A stretch of DNA of 64,000 bases from Blasia pusilla (Eukaryota). A model generated the notes under the pieces. That model had not been told where the DNA came from. It was given only the letters and a program-made list of their open reading frames with translations, and made no database searches. The DNA lies in NCBI GenBank assembly GCA_050084515.1, contig CM114271.1, positions 9,982,001 through 10,046,000 of the forward strand. Reading direction: 5' to 3'. Numbering within the stretch: the first letter of the stretch is position 1; the number at the start of each line of letters is the position of its first letter. Positions 1 through 14,262 of this stretch are shown piece after piece. Both the position numbers and the translations under genes were made by a program.

Positions 1-1109
1 TCACTTTACAGCAATTTCCGCTTATTATTTCATCAGTGGTATATGGGAGCTCTGAGCATGGAACTTTGAAGTGCTTCTTCCACCTGACAACTATACAATT
101 AAGACAACATGATTCTTCCTGCAAGAGGAAGATCTCTCTTTTCTGTGCAGTTAAGCCTTCTACAATTGAATAGGGCCAATGCATCTTCTTTGCTTTTTGG
201 GGCATGTTTATAATATGTCAAGATTATTTGAAGAAATTTCTACCAATGCATCGCATGTGGATCCATGTGCTAGTAATGCCCTTTTAGTGCAAACTTCCCA
301 GCTTGGGGCCATCACTACTGTCCAGAAAACACAAGATTTTCACTTTGCACTCCGATGTTTTCATATTACACCATACAACCACTCTGTCCAGATCCTTAAG
401 ACTCCAGAATATAGTGAATGAATCTCTCAACAGTAGTCAAGGGACACCGAAATGAGGAGCCAGAATTGTCAATGGAGAGACTTTGTATGACACAGAAGAT
501 AGTGCACTGTTACTTAGCACGGATGGCAATACAAATATGGAAGAAATAAGAATGCCCACGAAAAACTCCAGTGCCAATCAGCATGAGAGGGCTGAGAACA
601 GGGCATCTGCACCGCTAATTAGGATTAGAAGAATGACAAGCGCCACAATTACATGCAATAAAGTGGACTTGCTCAGACTTCCAGGAAGACAGAAAACCTT
701 TGTGCAGCAGAAAACGCGCCAAGATACAATAACTAATTGCTGGTTCATCCAGCAGTTCTTCTGCTCCTGATTTCACATTGCCAAACTGAGAAATTGTTTG
801 AAAGGCAGCAACACCTGTTTATATTAAGTCCATAAGCATATGGGGTGATTTGAAGTTACTAATCAACGACAGGTAGGGGCACATAGGAAAATATGGCTCC
901 TGACATAATACAATTTGTGGGTGAAGAAACCTCAATAAAGTTTCAAAAAAGGGATCAATTGTGAGATTGGAGACCTCTATGTTTAGGTCGTTGAGATTAA
1001 AGCACAAAGTTCTTTCACCAAGAAGTGTATTTATATCCATGATACTCAAAACCAAGGAACCCCTGTACACAGATGATGAAAAATCTGCTAGTAAGGAAGA
1101 GATTCATAC

Positions 1110-4100
1110 GTTCGTGTGGTAGATGGATCAGCTTGAACAAAACTGTCAAACACTGTTTCCCACTTGCTAGGATCAATACCTGCCACAAGAAATTGTTGAA
1201 CAGTAATCTACTCAGTACACATTTCCTTTACTTTCACAATTATAGCAGACAAGCCAAAAGTGCTTATGTTCTCCAGCATAAATGGAAGAGAGCCATGCAT
1301 AAAAAGAGAGTGGGGGATCAACCTATCAAGGAAGACAAAGGAGATTTCAACTAGTTGATCAAAGGGGCTACAAGACACAGTAATGGAGCTCAAGGAGAAG
1401 TCCAAGAAGAACCAGAACATTCACTAATTTCTTTTCATGCAGCTAGTCCTCACATAGTGAAGTGATTTAGTGGCCATACCACAGCCTGTGTCATCAACTT
1501 CAAACCATAAGCAAAACTTTCCAGAATCTTGAACCCCCTCATCACATTCTGCACTCTCCAATTTTGATGTCCACGCCTTATTTCCATATTTTCCAACTAA
1601 AGCTCCATTCTTTCCATGACACGCAGAATCAACCCATCCTCGCACTAGAACATGCCCCGCTGCTCCCAAGCATGAAGTGTTAGAAGAGCTTTCTGAAGTC
1701 TACATAGCTTTTTGTTTAGAGAGAGTTTCATGAATGAAAGGAACGGAACATCTTGGCAATCTAAAGGATTCAGATCTGTACCTTTTAAACCTTCTGAGTC
1801 ATAATGCAAAGGGTTTGTATCCTTACACAAAGTGAACTTTATAGAATTCGCAATTAGATTCGCAAATATTTGCACAGTCCGGGCTGAGTCGCCTCTCAAA
1901 ACACGGGGTACATCATCTTTGACAACAGCAACAGTTATGTCAGGAAAGCCGACCCTGAACCCCAAGAGTACACCTTGTTATGCACCCAGTACATGAATGA
2001 ATGAAACAAAATCATTACTACCCACTCATTAATTCCTGTTACTTCCTGGCTTACTGACACAAACATACTTTTTCAGTTTGGGTATGGATAGGCCCTGGTT
2101 ACTACTCACCCGCTAAGTCAAGAACAATTTCCACGCTGTGATCAACACATTGAACAGAAAACATGTCCACAAGTCCCTCGAGCTCACGCCGAAGATCAAA
2201 ATCTGCTTCTTCTAAGACAAGTTTCCCAGACTCCACCTGCAGATACGATCCAGAAGAAGTCGGACAAGTATCAGGATGATGAAAAGAAGTCACGAGACAT
2301 TTAAAAGGAAACATTACAAGATCGCCAGTCTGGCAAATGCTTATCTTAGTCAAGTTTTAGCAGGGGACAATGATACGGTAAGAAGATTCCCGCTCACGAG
2401 ACAAAGCTGTACCTTAGAAGGGTAGTGATCTTATAGCTTACCTTACTCAAATCAAGAATGTTGTTCAGCAGGCGAAGCAAGGCAGTGGAGCAGTCCCGTA
2501 TTTGAGACACCATTGCGACTTGCTCTGAGGTCATATATTCATCGCAGAGTAGTATATCTAGAAGTCCGATGACGGCAGCCATGGGAGTCCGGAGTTCATG
2601 ACTGCACCGTGACAAGGATGACGAAGTATCACAAATAGCTCACAGCAAGAAGAAAGTTTGATAACAAGAGATCCAAGAGCGCAACAATCTTAAACTTTCC
2701 TTCAAGGACTCCGGCACATCTACCTGCCTGTTTCACCCTAAAGAATGAGGGCAGAGCAGATGACGTCTTACAGAAGGGTATCAGAGTACGATACTCAACT
2801 TCAACTGCTCGACTTTTTCTTGAGGCAAGCGAGAGTCTCAAAATGGATAGACGAATGAATACCGGCGCCGACAGAAACTAACCTCATGTTGGCAAGAAAT
2901 TGGCTCTTGTAGTTGCTTGATGCTTCCGCCCGTCTTCGTGCGTCAAGGTGATCAATGAGCTCTGATCGCAATTTCATTTCATTTGAAACACCTGTGGTGA
3001 AGATAAGCGTGAACAAACATCCCGCGACGAGTATACACACAGATATTGAAATTAGAATCGCGAGGGTGGCATGCCCTCTCCGATCAACGGCCCCCATAAC
3101 GAAAGATCTTGGCGTTATAATGACACCGACCTGTGCAAAGGTGATGGTAAAATATCAGTTTCACCGCCCGTCCAAGACCTCACCCATTCAGATTTCAAGG
3201 TATTACAGTCGCCGGTTTCTTAAAATGCCGGAATCCAAAACTCATGACATGTGCAAAAGTCTACCGAGCTCCCCCACCAATCGGAGCTGCACAAAGACAA
3301 ATATTTAGCACTAGTGGATTCGAACTGCCTTCTTACCAAGGGCAATTTGGTCAAGTTCAGAAAAAATGTATCTATATAGTATCTTTTGCCGAGCAGCACA
3401 ACATCCTCTTCGTGCAGGGCTTGCAGGTTCTCAAACTTCGTCCCGTACAAATTGCTCAACCATGTTGCACCAGCTCTTATCACAGAATCGGTTGACTCGT
3501 CTGCCCGGATAAGTGAAGGACCACTCGACGTATTCTTCAACAACGGAGTGGATGTTGAAGACGCGAGCAACCAGCCTTCAGAGTTGGTCAGGTAAATGGT
3601 TCCAGCGTGCAATGTTACAAGCTCTTCCATCAGTTGACTTACGCTTCTCAGTGTTTGAGTAACCCCTGCTACAGCCAAGACTTCTCCCGTCTCCGGGTGC
3701 CTCACAGGAGAACCTGATGCGAGGAAAGGACTGTCACCAGACCTGTGAACCGTCACACGCCAGGAATTATCGCCATCTTTTAATAGCGCTGTTCCACCTA
3801 AGTCTTGAGTGAGATTGTAAGGTCGTTCCGGGATTTCTGGGCCGATCCCCTGCCCTGTCAAATAATCCACCGGTTCCTTGTACCATGTAAACTTACCACC
3901 CATGTCTACAGGTACGAAATCACCCAAGACTCCACCCTGCGAATCAGATGGGGCCGAATTGAAGGCATCAAGTGGAGACTCCGCATGACCTCTAGTGTTT
4001 ATAGGAACAGAATGACAGTAAAACTCCTCCTTGGTTATGGAATCCCTCTCGTAGCGTTGTGTGACGCCATTGCTATAAACTATCGTCAGGGCATTCACTG

Positions 4101-5569
4101 CCTTGCGGCTTGTGAATATAGCCCAAGTAACATTTCGCATCACAGCATATAACTGCTGAACAAGAAAACAACGACGCCGGAAACAAGTAAGAAACCACAA
4201 CGTCATGCTCACCAAGCAGTGATAACAGCAGCCATTCAGCACAAACGATGCCAAGGGTGTCTAGCAGTTAACCTCCTCACTTGCGATTACCATAACTACT
4301 TAATCCTTATATCCACACTGCTTCTAAACCACGTTACTTCCAGTTACATTTCGAACTAATCGTATCTCCATTCAAGTCTGGTGACAAAAACTGTCTTCCT
4401 ACGATTTGAACGACGGAGGGAGAAAATAGTACCTGATCCTGACCATCAGGACTAATAGGGAGATTATATTGTCCAACCACATATCTAGAAAGATTGACAT
4501 GTGTGACCGTGGTATCCAAAGTGGCATTTAAGAGATTCCACATCCGCGCTATCGGGCGCTGAAGTAGCTCTGTTCGCAAGCTAAAAGCAAGTGTCTTAAT
4601 TGATCGGGTTGTGTAAACGGTGGTGAAATGCCACGTCAATATAGTGAGTAACCCTATTAGAATTGTCAACATGACCTGCACGAATCAAAACACTAATAGC
4701 AAAAATTAGTCAAAATTGATAAGAGCGACTTAACTTGACAACGGTTTGAAAGCAAGGAGCGAATTCAGAACACGATGGCACTTTTGGTAGAACTCTGCGC
4801 AACCCCGAGATTCTCGATCGGTACCATGTCTGCATTGAGTAAGAACTAAGTAGATCCCAGTAAAACTAAGACTTCGATGTCTGTCAAGTTAAGATTTGAA
4901 GGAAGAAAACAGACGTTTGGACGGGTAGGTGGTTAACTCTCAGCAGTTGATGCTTCCGAGATGGCAACCAAAAACCTGCGATAAACAATTGGTCTATGTA
5001 AAACCACGGAGCGATCCTCCAAACCGAATGTCAGGATTACAGCTCACATGCAGCCCTTTTGAAGTTTATTCTCAGAAATTGCCATCAACTCAGCTGGTCT
5101 CGTAACGAGCGCCTTAGTTTTGACGCTGGTCCATGGCGGATGAAACTTCACGCTCGGTTACGTCCAATGTGTAGGCATATCCATGGGGAACCCACGGATA
5201 TGCCTATAATTGGCATGTAATCGCGGAGGTCAAACAATGTCGAGCTTCTATCTGACAGTCTCTCAAGTTGAGATTGAAATGCGGCAATCACAACCTCCTA
5301 AGCTAACAAACAACCACAATAAAAATTGTGTCCTCACTCGCGGCGGAGACCTGATCCTGTTAAGTCACTCACATGGTATGTCTAGTATGAGACCACAGCT
5401 TCAGCGTTGAGACGACGGGCGACCAAAGGAAATTACTTTTCTTTCTGTGAAAATCGGATTCCCAAGATTTGCAAATCCTCTTTACACTTCCCAAAAGAGT
5501 CAAAAGATCATCTCTCTCTCTCCGTGGTCAATAAATTTATTCATTCATTCTCCCTCTTGCAAGGTTCTT

Positions 5570-5604
<35 letters not shown>

Positions 5605-6004
5605 ATCTACTCTCCGTTTGTTTTTCTCACAGGAAAGTCGGGCTCACCATAATTGCTAGTCGGGCTGCAAAGACGCTGTATGTCGCCCGCTTCTTGGGTG
5701 GCACGAAGGATGTGTCCATATCTGAAAGGTCTCCATCCCCGATACTTCTATTCCCCACAACCGATTCTGAATCTCCATGTGGTGCCCAAAACTGCATTCT
5801 TCCTATTCTACCACATCGCCGATTGCAACTCCACCACCTGCCGCACCCTGAAGATCGTCCATTCGTTGGAAGTTCCAGCGATCCCTTCAGTCCAGTAAAT
5901 AATCTACAAGGTTGAGCTCTTTCTTTAGGAAACAGTCTCGGCACTCCCCTGCAATCGCAAAGCATGTAAGATGACAATCTGCTGCAACTGGACGTAGATC
6001 TCAT
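1110..6004 (-). CDS. AHK1: AHK1/ATHK1-like membrane sensor histidine kinase, spliced; 3' part continues beyond the window start
   Basis: Exons with GT-AG borders at about 6004-5648, 4675-4433, ~4155-3337, 3130-2883, 2601-2442, 2236-2110, 1916-1827, 1659-1480 and 1179-1110. They give the AHK1-like TM1 'YSVFAARLAIMVMLTILIGLLTILTWHFT', the H-box 'FLANMSHELRTPMAAVIGLL', the N-box 'QIFANLIANSIKFT', G1 'FEVDDTGCGID' and the F-box 'VFDSFVQADPSTTR'. The G2 box and receiver domain were not found in the window. The start codon is uncertain. Confidence 0.9.
5573..5601. repeat. (CT)n microsatellite in intron 1 of the kinase gene
   Basis: Directly visible CT dinucleotide run. Confidence 0.9.
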
Positions 6005-7989
6005 GAGCAACCTGTGACACTTTCGAGGCAAGCACTAGATAAGATGGCCTTCAACATGGTTATGAAACACAGCTAGGTGGAACAAGGCCGGCGCAACGAT
6101 CACGCGTCGAGCACGATAGGGAGAGAGAAAATTCGGGCTGGCACGGTAACACGGTCATCGAAAAAGTCAACTTCCTCGATACGGCTTTTCTCGTAAACGA
6201 CAGAAACGACTTTAAAGCGTAAGACGCATGAGGACCTTAGAATTACGAAGATAAAAGTAGCCATCGGCCACCTTGGCTAAACATGCCGATATTACGGGAA
6301 GAATACCGAGCGTGAGGAATGGATCCTCGAGCCAGCCGCTCTTGTGGTCTTGCCTATCATCAATCGCTGCTTTTCCTGTAGGCAAGATACAAAGTCAAGA
6401 ATGATGAACGTTTCGTCACTGTAGCTTTCGCGACAAAATGATGCAAGAACACAGGTAGATTTGAGAGTGACGAAATCGTCCTTCAACGGCATCCGCACGC
6501 ACGATAAATGCCCGACTCAGATATTGGTTTGCCATACTGCCTATCACTCCATGTGGAAATGGTGGGGAGGCATGTTAGCCACAATTCATTCCAACTTATC
6601 TTCAGGGAAAAGCAGTCAGACACTCTCTAAGGTCACCGGGAAAGTCCATCGTGGAAGGCGAAGGGAGGACTTATATACGGAGACGAATAAAAATAGTAGA
6701 TTCTTTGCTGATGAAACTGCTGATTTTATCGGAAGCGTGGCCCTGGGAGTCCGAAAGAAACTTTAAAAGCGGAGAGCAAATTCATGGCGATTATATGAGA
6801 GAGACACGTATACAGGAAGCTTCATAAAGGTCTGTAGCGTAGTCCAAGCGGCAACCTGCGAGCTGAACGTTTTCTGTCACTGGTTCCCTAGCATCTCTGA
6901 CACATGCACTACCAAAGTTACCGAGCCCGAGGTTGTGTCTGCATGCCGCGACATGCAACTCTCGATTTGTGCGGAGGACGCAGGAGAAGTGCGCACAAAG
7001 GCAGTCTGCCGGTTTGCGCGGGGAGCGTGCCGGACAGGCCGGAATGGGTTCAGTTCGTTGCGGAAGAATGGACCACGCGAAAGAACTGTGCTTTTCAACG
7101 GACATTAGAGGAGCACGCTAACTGGAGCGTAGTGAACGTGGGAAGATGGAGAGGCGAAGTCCTGAACCTGAGATGCAAGAAGTGTACAAGAAGTTGGCAA
7201 TACTTGAGTATGTATTAGCATGAACTCTTGAATTGTGTTGGGATCTCCCATTTTCTGACACACGGAGAAGTTGCATGGCATCGACTAGAGTAAAACGTAA
7301 GGAATTAGGAGTGATGCTGCTGGACTACGGAAGGTGCTCTCCACTCCCCCCCACTGTGTCTCCAAATACAGACCGACCTCTTCTAATTGTTCTGGGCTCT
7401 CAATCTGATCTGAAATTGGCTCAGAAGATTAGGATGGCCGGCTTTGTAATTGGTCCGAGTTAAGTGTATCAATTGTCGCATTGTTGACCTGGCTAAAATG
7501 CGTTCATAGTTCGGGGTCGGTTTGCTTCTTATCACGGCTACACTTAAAAAAGTCGCGAGATGTAAGACAACAAAATTCTGCCACCGGACAGATATGTGGG
7601 TTAAGTTATGAGTGAATGGAATGCCCAATCTCAGTAAAAGGGTTCTTAATACCAAGAACACAAGGAAACAGGAAAATTTATTTTCTGACGCGTGTGGAGT
7701 CAAAATTTCTGTAGGGACTTCGAATAGAGGCATGGAATTTGAACCTTTAGCGCAAAGTTTAGAACAACACCTTTCCGTATACGCGCTATTATGTCCACTA
7801 TCTGTTGGAAATGGATTCCCCTCTCGATCTGCCTTCATGACGGTTACACCGCTGCTTCAAATTACTGTTCGGCAGAGAGCTTACTCTCCTCTCTCCTACC
7901 ATAGCAGCCCTAGACAATGGTGAACCATAGTGTGGTGATCCGATAGTGTAGTGGTCATTGAATGTTCTCAGCCAGGGTCACACCCGGTG

Positions 7990-10900
7990 GGACACTACCA
8001 CTTACTACACCACACCGAGAGGACGATGCACTTCGATAAAAACGAGTGATGGAAAACCCATCGGAAGTACAAAAGAGGGGGACTCAAAGGGTCAAAACCT
8101 GAAGGCCACAAAAGACCATAAAAGGAAGAAGGGGGCATTCCCCACCTAAACGAAACTCACCAACAGCAGAGACAATATCAGCAACAACAAGAGAGCTATG
8201 ACTACTACTAAGTTGGCCTCTAGCGCCGGCGTCTCCCACAGCTTGAGCCTGCCGCAAAAGCCCATTAGCCTGGGCACGCTGCAACGCTATGGAGACCCGC
8301 TGCCTACAATACAGAATCGCAGTAGTTAAGGACAACCCATTTCTCGAGTGGAGATGATGGGCGCAGTTAAATGAACGCAGTCGAACCTCTCCCCCATAGC
8401 CCCATACATCTCTATGGCGAGGGGATGAAGATGTGTCCTCGTGAAGTCGACTGTAGATATGTGTCTTATTCACCGCCGCCGCCGCCGCCGCTCCTTGTAG
8501 CATTCGCCCTTGGGCCACCACTTGGGCTCGCACTGCCTCCCGCGTAGGATCTTTGACTACCACGTCCGCCGCCACCACCTTAGCCTCTCGTGTCATGTAG
8601 AGATCAGCACGAATAAGGGAATCCCGCATGGAGTAGTGCCTCTCTCTCTGCACATGGAAGCCACTCTCCCGAGCACATCGAACATGATATCCCGCCTTCG
8701 CATCGTGAGTGGCTATCCTCTCACCCCAACCGGGACGGCGTCCCAAATGCACACCAAGTGGATCAGGCTCGCGACACTCGCGGTGTGTCGAACCAACCAC
8801 CGATGGTTGGGGAGGCCAGCGGAACCACATCATTTGTGGTATAGGTAAGTGGTGCGTCACGGAAAGCATGGAGAAGGGCGCGCCCCTACCCATGAGCCTG
8901 CCCCCTTTCTCGAGCAAGAGCGAATCACGGGCCCTAACCTCCATGGGGATATTCCGTCGGACATAGTGCCTCTAAAACTGCCTCAAAGTGGGCTTCCATC
9001 AAGGAAGATTGGAGCCAGAGGCCCGACCGGAGGTAACTAAGGAGGAGACAGTGTGGGAGAACGGCTCTGGCCTCAACTCGAAGGAATCTCTACAAGTGTG
9101 AGTGAAGGCGAAGTGGGAAAGAGCCATCCTCAACCTGGGAGACGTAGTGTAGAAGGAGCGGTCTATCTCTAACCAAAAATCGGGAGCAAAGGAGGGGTGC
9201 CACTGTGGCCCAACTCCCTAAAAAAGCGGAGGGCGCCATTAACTCGATCGAGAGAAGACCTACTTCACCAAAAGAAATCGGCCAAGAGGCATGTCTACGA
9301 GCTAACTCCCCCATGGGGCACTCTAAGGAGCCGGGTCCTAGAAGATCCCCAAACACCTGCATGAGCTTCCTATCAAAGGATCTATATAGGGAAGAAAGGT
9401 GACTAGATGTCCACACAGTTCTAGTGAGGTAACCAGGTCTACGAGCAAAACAAGAAGAGAGAATGCCGAAGGCGACTTGAGGGTCACCAATCCTCGTAAG
9501 ATCATCAACGTGGAGAAGATCCTCGGTAAGAGTCGCTGCCACGAAACTCGATACAAAGTCCTGGCTCCCGAGCGGGACTCCCAAGACTCGAAGCCCTCCG
9601 ACAGGTCGCAAGAAGCCGTCGGGTAAATGTAGATCATCACGTAGGCCTGATGGAGACCAAGCCTTGCACTTCCCCACCTTCACCGCCAGGCCGACACGTG
9701 CCAAGCTGTGTCTTTGAAAAGTGCTCGAATGCGAGGGACAACCAGATCTCGGGACCAACAATATGAGTATCATCGCGTGAAGGGAACATGCAACCCGGGA
9801 AAGCCTCCACCGTAGAAAGAACCGCTTGGTAATGAGCCACAGCAAACAACGCGCCACCCAGAGGGTCACCCTGACGAGTCCGGGTAGCAGACTCAAAGAC
9901 CGTGACCTCCTCCTCGAATCGACCATGGTGGAAATAGAGGGCCGAAGGGGCCCCATAGAAAGCCTGCGCAAAGGGAATGAGGCTCGCCATGGGGCCACCC
10001 GCGTCCCTCAACTCTGTGAATATAGTAGCCCGAGATACTGAGTTGAAGGCGTTCTCCACATCCACTTGGAGAACCACCCACTCTGGATGTACATCTAGAC
10101 AAGCCCTCAAACCTAAGGCAACCATCTCACATCCGGTTGGCGTGGCAACTCCAAACTGATGCGGACTAAGATGTGACTGGAAAGCCTCACGGAATTGCAA
10201 AGCGAGAGTACGACTCACCAACCGCAAGAGCACCTCACCTATGGCAATCGGACGGATACCACCACCCTCCTTCGACAACGCCAAAAGTCGCCCCGCCCCT
10301 AATACTTGGGCCACTGCTGTTGGCACTCTCCCCTGAACTAGGTGAGAGGCAACCTAAAGCAACTCGGAGAAGCCGCTAGCGGTGTCCTCGGAAGGAAAGC
10401 AATCACGAAGGTGTTCGTACATCATACCAGACAAACCTCCGGCCGCAATCCTCGGAGAACGTCCGAGTGCCCGTGCAAAGAGGGACGGGTCAAGGCATAT
10501 AGCCGTGTCAGGATGGAAGTCACGTGCAAAAGCTGGAATGTCAACCGTTGGACGAGGATGTAGCCTCAGGAGGGCATCGATGGTAAGAGCTGAAGAAGGA
10601 GCCATGTCTATCGGGCGAAGAGCACGTGCAGCTCGCGAGTACTCACAGGCTCGCCCCAGTGTCCTACATCGTCGCAACCTGGCTGCTCCAAGATCGTCCG
10701 CCGGGGAACCAGATGAACTACTACCTCTGGCGAATGCCACAAACTCACTCTGCAGAGACTCCCAATCACCTCCTCGAAAGCGTCTCAGACGTGCCATAAC
10801 CTCTCTATGACCGGCCTTCCCTCCCCGAGTGTAACGAAGACACCATCGTGGAAGGAGAAGTAGTAGGTACCAAGAGAGCTCATCCATAGGATCAAGGGCG

Positions 10901-11400
10901 ATCCTAGCTAGGGGAAGGAGGAATGCGTGGCGGAGGTCGTCCCGAATAGCATGGGGGATCCTATGAAACAACCTCGGGCACGGAAAACAGGTCTCGAAGA
11001 GACCTATAATGCTGCCCTGGTGGGACCTCAACCACTCCCATGCCTCAGGAGGGGGCGATGATGCGGGAAGCACCGGAGAGCATCCATGGTCGATAGGAGG
11101 GACCACCCATCCAAATCTATCAAAGTCAAGATGTTTAGCCGCTAAGTGGTTCCGAATTCCTGAACGAGTGAAGAATTCGGGACAACATGGGCATTTAGTA
11201 TCCCGGCTAGACGACCCACGGGTCCCCACACGGGGAGCCAATGCGGGTCGAGGCATGGATGCAACTCACCAAGAAGAGGACATGGCCACCTCCAATAAAA
11301 TCGTGCAACAATCCCCCGCCAATAACAGTCCTATCATCCCCATTCGAACGAGCGGTCCTGGCAAACAACTCTCTTTCCGTCCACGGTAATGCTCCCTCTA
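7990..11400 (-). mobile_element. Non-LTR retrotransposon with a single ORF and C-terminal restriction-like endonuclease (CRE-like), frameshifted
   Basis: Four consecutive minus-strand ORFs (10354-11256, 9637-10326, 9090-9998, 8084-8944). N-terminal C2H2 finger 'CPCCPEFFTRSGIRNHLAAKH'. RT motifs 'GGIRPIAIGEVLLRLVSR', 'QFGVATPTGCE', 'DVENAFNSVSR', 'RQGDPLGGALF' and a degenerate xxDD 'SRDDTHIVG'. Thumb 'VLGVPLGS'. C-terminal 'RADLY...AADVVVKDP...K..Y' and 'RVSIALQRAQA', typical of RLE. No APE domain. Ends are approximate. Confidence 0.8.
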
Positions 11401-11939
11401 ACATAAACTCTCACCTACCGACATCACCTACGACTTCTAGTCCCAACCCCCTCCCAAAAATGAACTCATGAATACGTAGAGTTGCTAAGAGTGTGAAAAG
11501 ATCATAGGCCCTCCGAGATAAAATAGATGGGAAGAAAAGTGTATGTACGGGAGGGATAACAAATACAAACGTGAATCGAACCAAAATGAGAAGCACATAC
11601 GACAAATGCGACAAACAAGAAAGGACTTGGGAAAGGAGGGGAAGGGTGGGTGAATAGAGGACGTTACCTTGGGAAATTTCTCCAAATGACAATAAGCAAA
11701 ACCCTAATACTCACATTAGGAACCCTAATATAAACCAAATTCTAAAAAGATGAATAAAAATAAAAATACTTCATACCATGCAGCAAGGTCCGGATCAAAA
11801 CGAAGCCCTCGTCACGCTCTCCGTTTCAATATGTAGCACGGCCTTTTTCATCCCCGACGCCCACCGTTCTTCCTCCCGCCATTCCCGTCCATGCCTCCCG
11901 CCGTCCCCGCCCAAAATCGTCAAAGTCGAGGTGACGTCG

Positions 11940-12210
11940 GAAGCACCACACCGATGGGGCTTCCCCCAACCATTGATGGTTGGTACAACATGTTTTGAGT
12001 GTCTCCAGAGTCTTCGTTCAACATTTTGTGCAATTGGGGATGAGAGTATTGTTAGTCATGATGTTGTCACGGATACCATGTTCAGTGTAGTTCACGAGAG
12101 TGGCTTCCACGTGCAGAGATTCCCTTATCCATATTGATCTTTATATGACACGAGAGGTTAAAATGGTGGTGGCGGATCCTACGCATGAGGCTGTACTAGC
12201 CCAAGTGGTT
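11940..12210 (+). mobile_element. Inverted, diverged fragment of the same non-LTR element's endonuclease region
   Basis: Reads like the reverse complement of ~8517-8850, e.g. 'gagagtggcttccacgtgcagaga', 'gatctttatatgacacgagagg' and 'gatcctacgcatgaggctgtactagcccaagtggt'. Confidence 0.75.
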
Positions 12211-13472
12211 AGTTTTTTTCCAAAATGGACATATAAGTACTACTAAAATACCACTTAGTTTTTTTCCAAAATAAAATTATTCCAATAATTTTATTTTGGA
12301 AAAAAACTATAGTTTTCAAACTTGATTGGGAGTGATTTTGGAGTAAATTTTGGAAACTAAACATCGGATCTAAAATATTAATCTAATCATGGTATTATGG
12401 GCGTTGACTCATTTTGAGAAGCTTTAAATAAGCGCCACGTACAAGGTTTTTTGTGGACAAAGTTTCTATTCGTTAAAATGTCCATGTTCGTAGACTAAAC
12501 CCTAAACCCTTATCCATGCCCCTCATTCCCCTTCTTTTTTATCTCTCCCACTTGGTTCCATGTTCTACACTTTCCCATTTCTAATTATTGAAACCTTCCC
12601 CTTGTTCTACTTTTCAACTTAGTATAGAATAAAATTAAGAGAAGCCTTCATTATTTGGCTGTAGGGACAAATTTAACAAGTGTCTCTCATTCATTGTCCT
12701 AAAGATTGAGCTAACACCTTTAATAGTATGATTTTTATTATTTAAAATTTTTTATTTGTAAATAATAATTCTAATATTCAAATTTCTAGCTTACCTTGGA
12801 GGAGAAATAACATGTTATTTTCGGAAAACTAGAAAGGTTACTCACGGAACAGTAGAAAAATAAATCTTCCGAAAGGATGAAAGTGATTCTAAATTTATTT
12901 ATTTTTCCAAAGCTTAGATGGGAGGGAAATTCAAACCATATTTTGAAAAAAAAGGATGAAAATAGGTAATTTCTTTCCCTTAGTGGGAGATCATCAGGGA
13001 TAGAAAAATCTATGATAACTTATTTCATCCAAAATTAATAAATAAAATTCTTTCTCTTGAAGTAAATTAATTTTTTATGATTATTTTAATTTCCTTAAAT
13101 CTAATCGAGTGCATGGAAAAAAAAAGTAGTATTTAATAATTATGTTATATTCCCCTTTGTAAGGCCTTTTTATTTCCATCCAATATCACATGCAACAAAT
13201 TACCAAGTCTTCATATTTGCAAGATAGGGTCACAAACAAGCTATAACTACTTCTTTTTTTATGAGGGAGATGAGATTTTTATCCCTCAATTTTCATGATA
13301 TTGCACTTATATACATTCAACATGCCTCTAAGAGTTTCACTATATATATCCTCCATTGATGGGCTTTTTTGGTTTCCACCCCTCTAAGCAAGTGCATCGT
13401 ATGGAGCAACAAATTACTAGTAGAGAAAATATTTCAAATTTGCAACAAATTTTGCAAGTTAAATACTCTAAA

Positions 13473-13676
13473 GTATGTCCACGGAAGTTGTTTGAATTTA
13501 ACCCATTGGAGAGATCCTAGACTCCTTATATTATAGTAAAGCATTGTAAGAAATTGCATTTGAATGGAATTTGAGCTAGTCCAAGGTCTTCATCAATTCA
13601 AGGGATCATCTTGTTTAGCCAATTGTTGTTTGAATGTCTCCGATGGATTAAATTCTAACAACTTCCGTGGATACTC
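13473..13676. repeat. Imperfect inverted repeat with ~45-bp arms
   Basis: 'tccacggaagttgtttgaatttaacccattggaga' (~13478-13512) matches the reverse complement of 'tctccgatggattaaattctaacaacttccgtgga' (~13637-13671). Confidence 0.7.
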
Positions 13677-14081
13677 ATGTGTGTGTGCAAGGTTGCAATG
13701 GTGGGTGTTGGAAAGGGTTCCGAATAAAGAAAGAACTAAGCCTCCAATAGTTTTTATAAGAGAAAGGACATTGATATACCAAAGAAGAACAAAACTGCAC
13801 ATGAGTGCTAATGTTTTTTCATAGATAATCCTATCCAAAGTGATCATCTCCATGTTGTCCTTCCTCTGGGTGGGATTATTATTACTAGTCATTCTAGCAA
13901 GAAATAGTAGTCTTTCCATAGAGATAAGCAAGACAGGTGCTGGCCCGCGTAGCTACAGGATGTAGGGATGGGGATGAGTTTGGAGGTCAACATGACAATG
14001 GGTTACTTGGGAGGTGAGCATGCAATTACTAGGGGCTGTTGGCAAGAGCCCATGATTGGGCAAGCTGACTACCATATGTCA

Positions 14082-14262
14082 ATTTGCCAAGAGTAATGCA
14101 GGTGGTGGGTCAGTGGACAATGGTATTTGTCGATGACCACCATAACCAAGAGAACGCATGTTTGGCCAATCTGACCACCATATATCCATTTGCCAAGAGT
14201 AACACAGGTGGTGGGTCAATTGGCAATGGACAATGGTATTTGTTGATGGCCACCATATCAAA
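14082..14262. repeat. Two-copy direct repeat with a ~105-bp period
   Basis: 'tttgccaagagtaa..caggtggtgggtca..tggacaatggtatttgt.gatg.ccaccata' occurs twice. Confidence 0.75.

Noticed and set aside
6100-7920. Short overlapping ORFs upstream of the kinase
   Set aside because: No homology cues; best read as promoter, 5' UTR or intergenic sequence.
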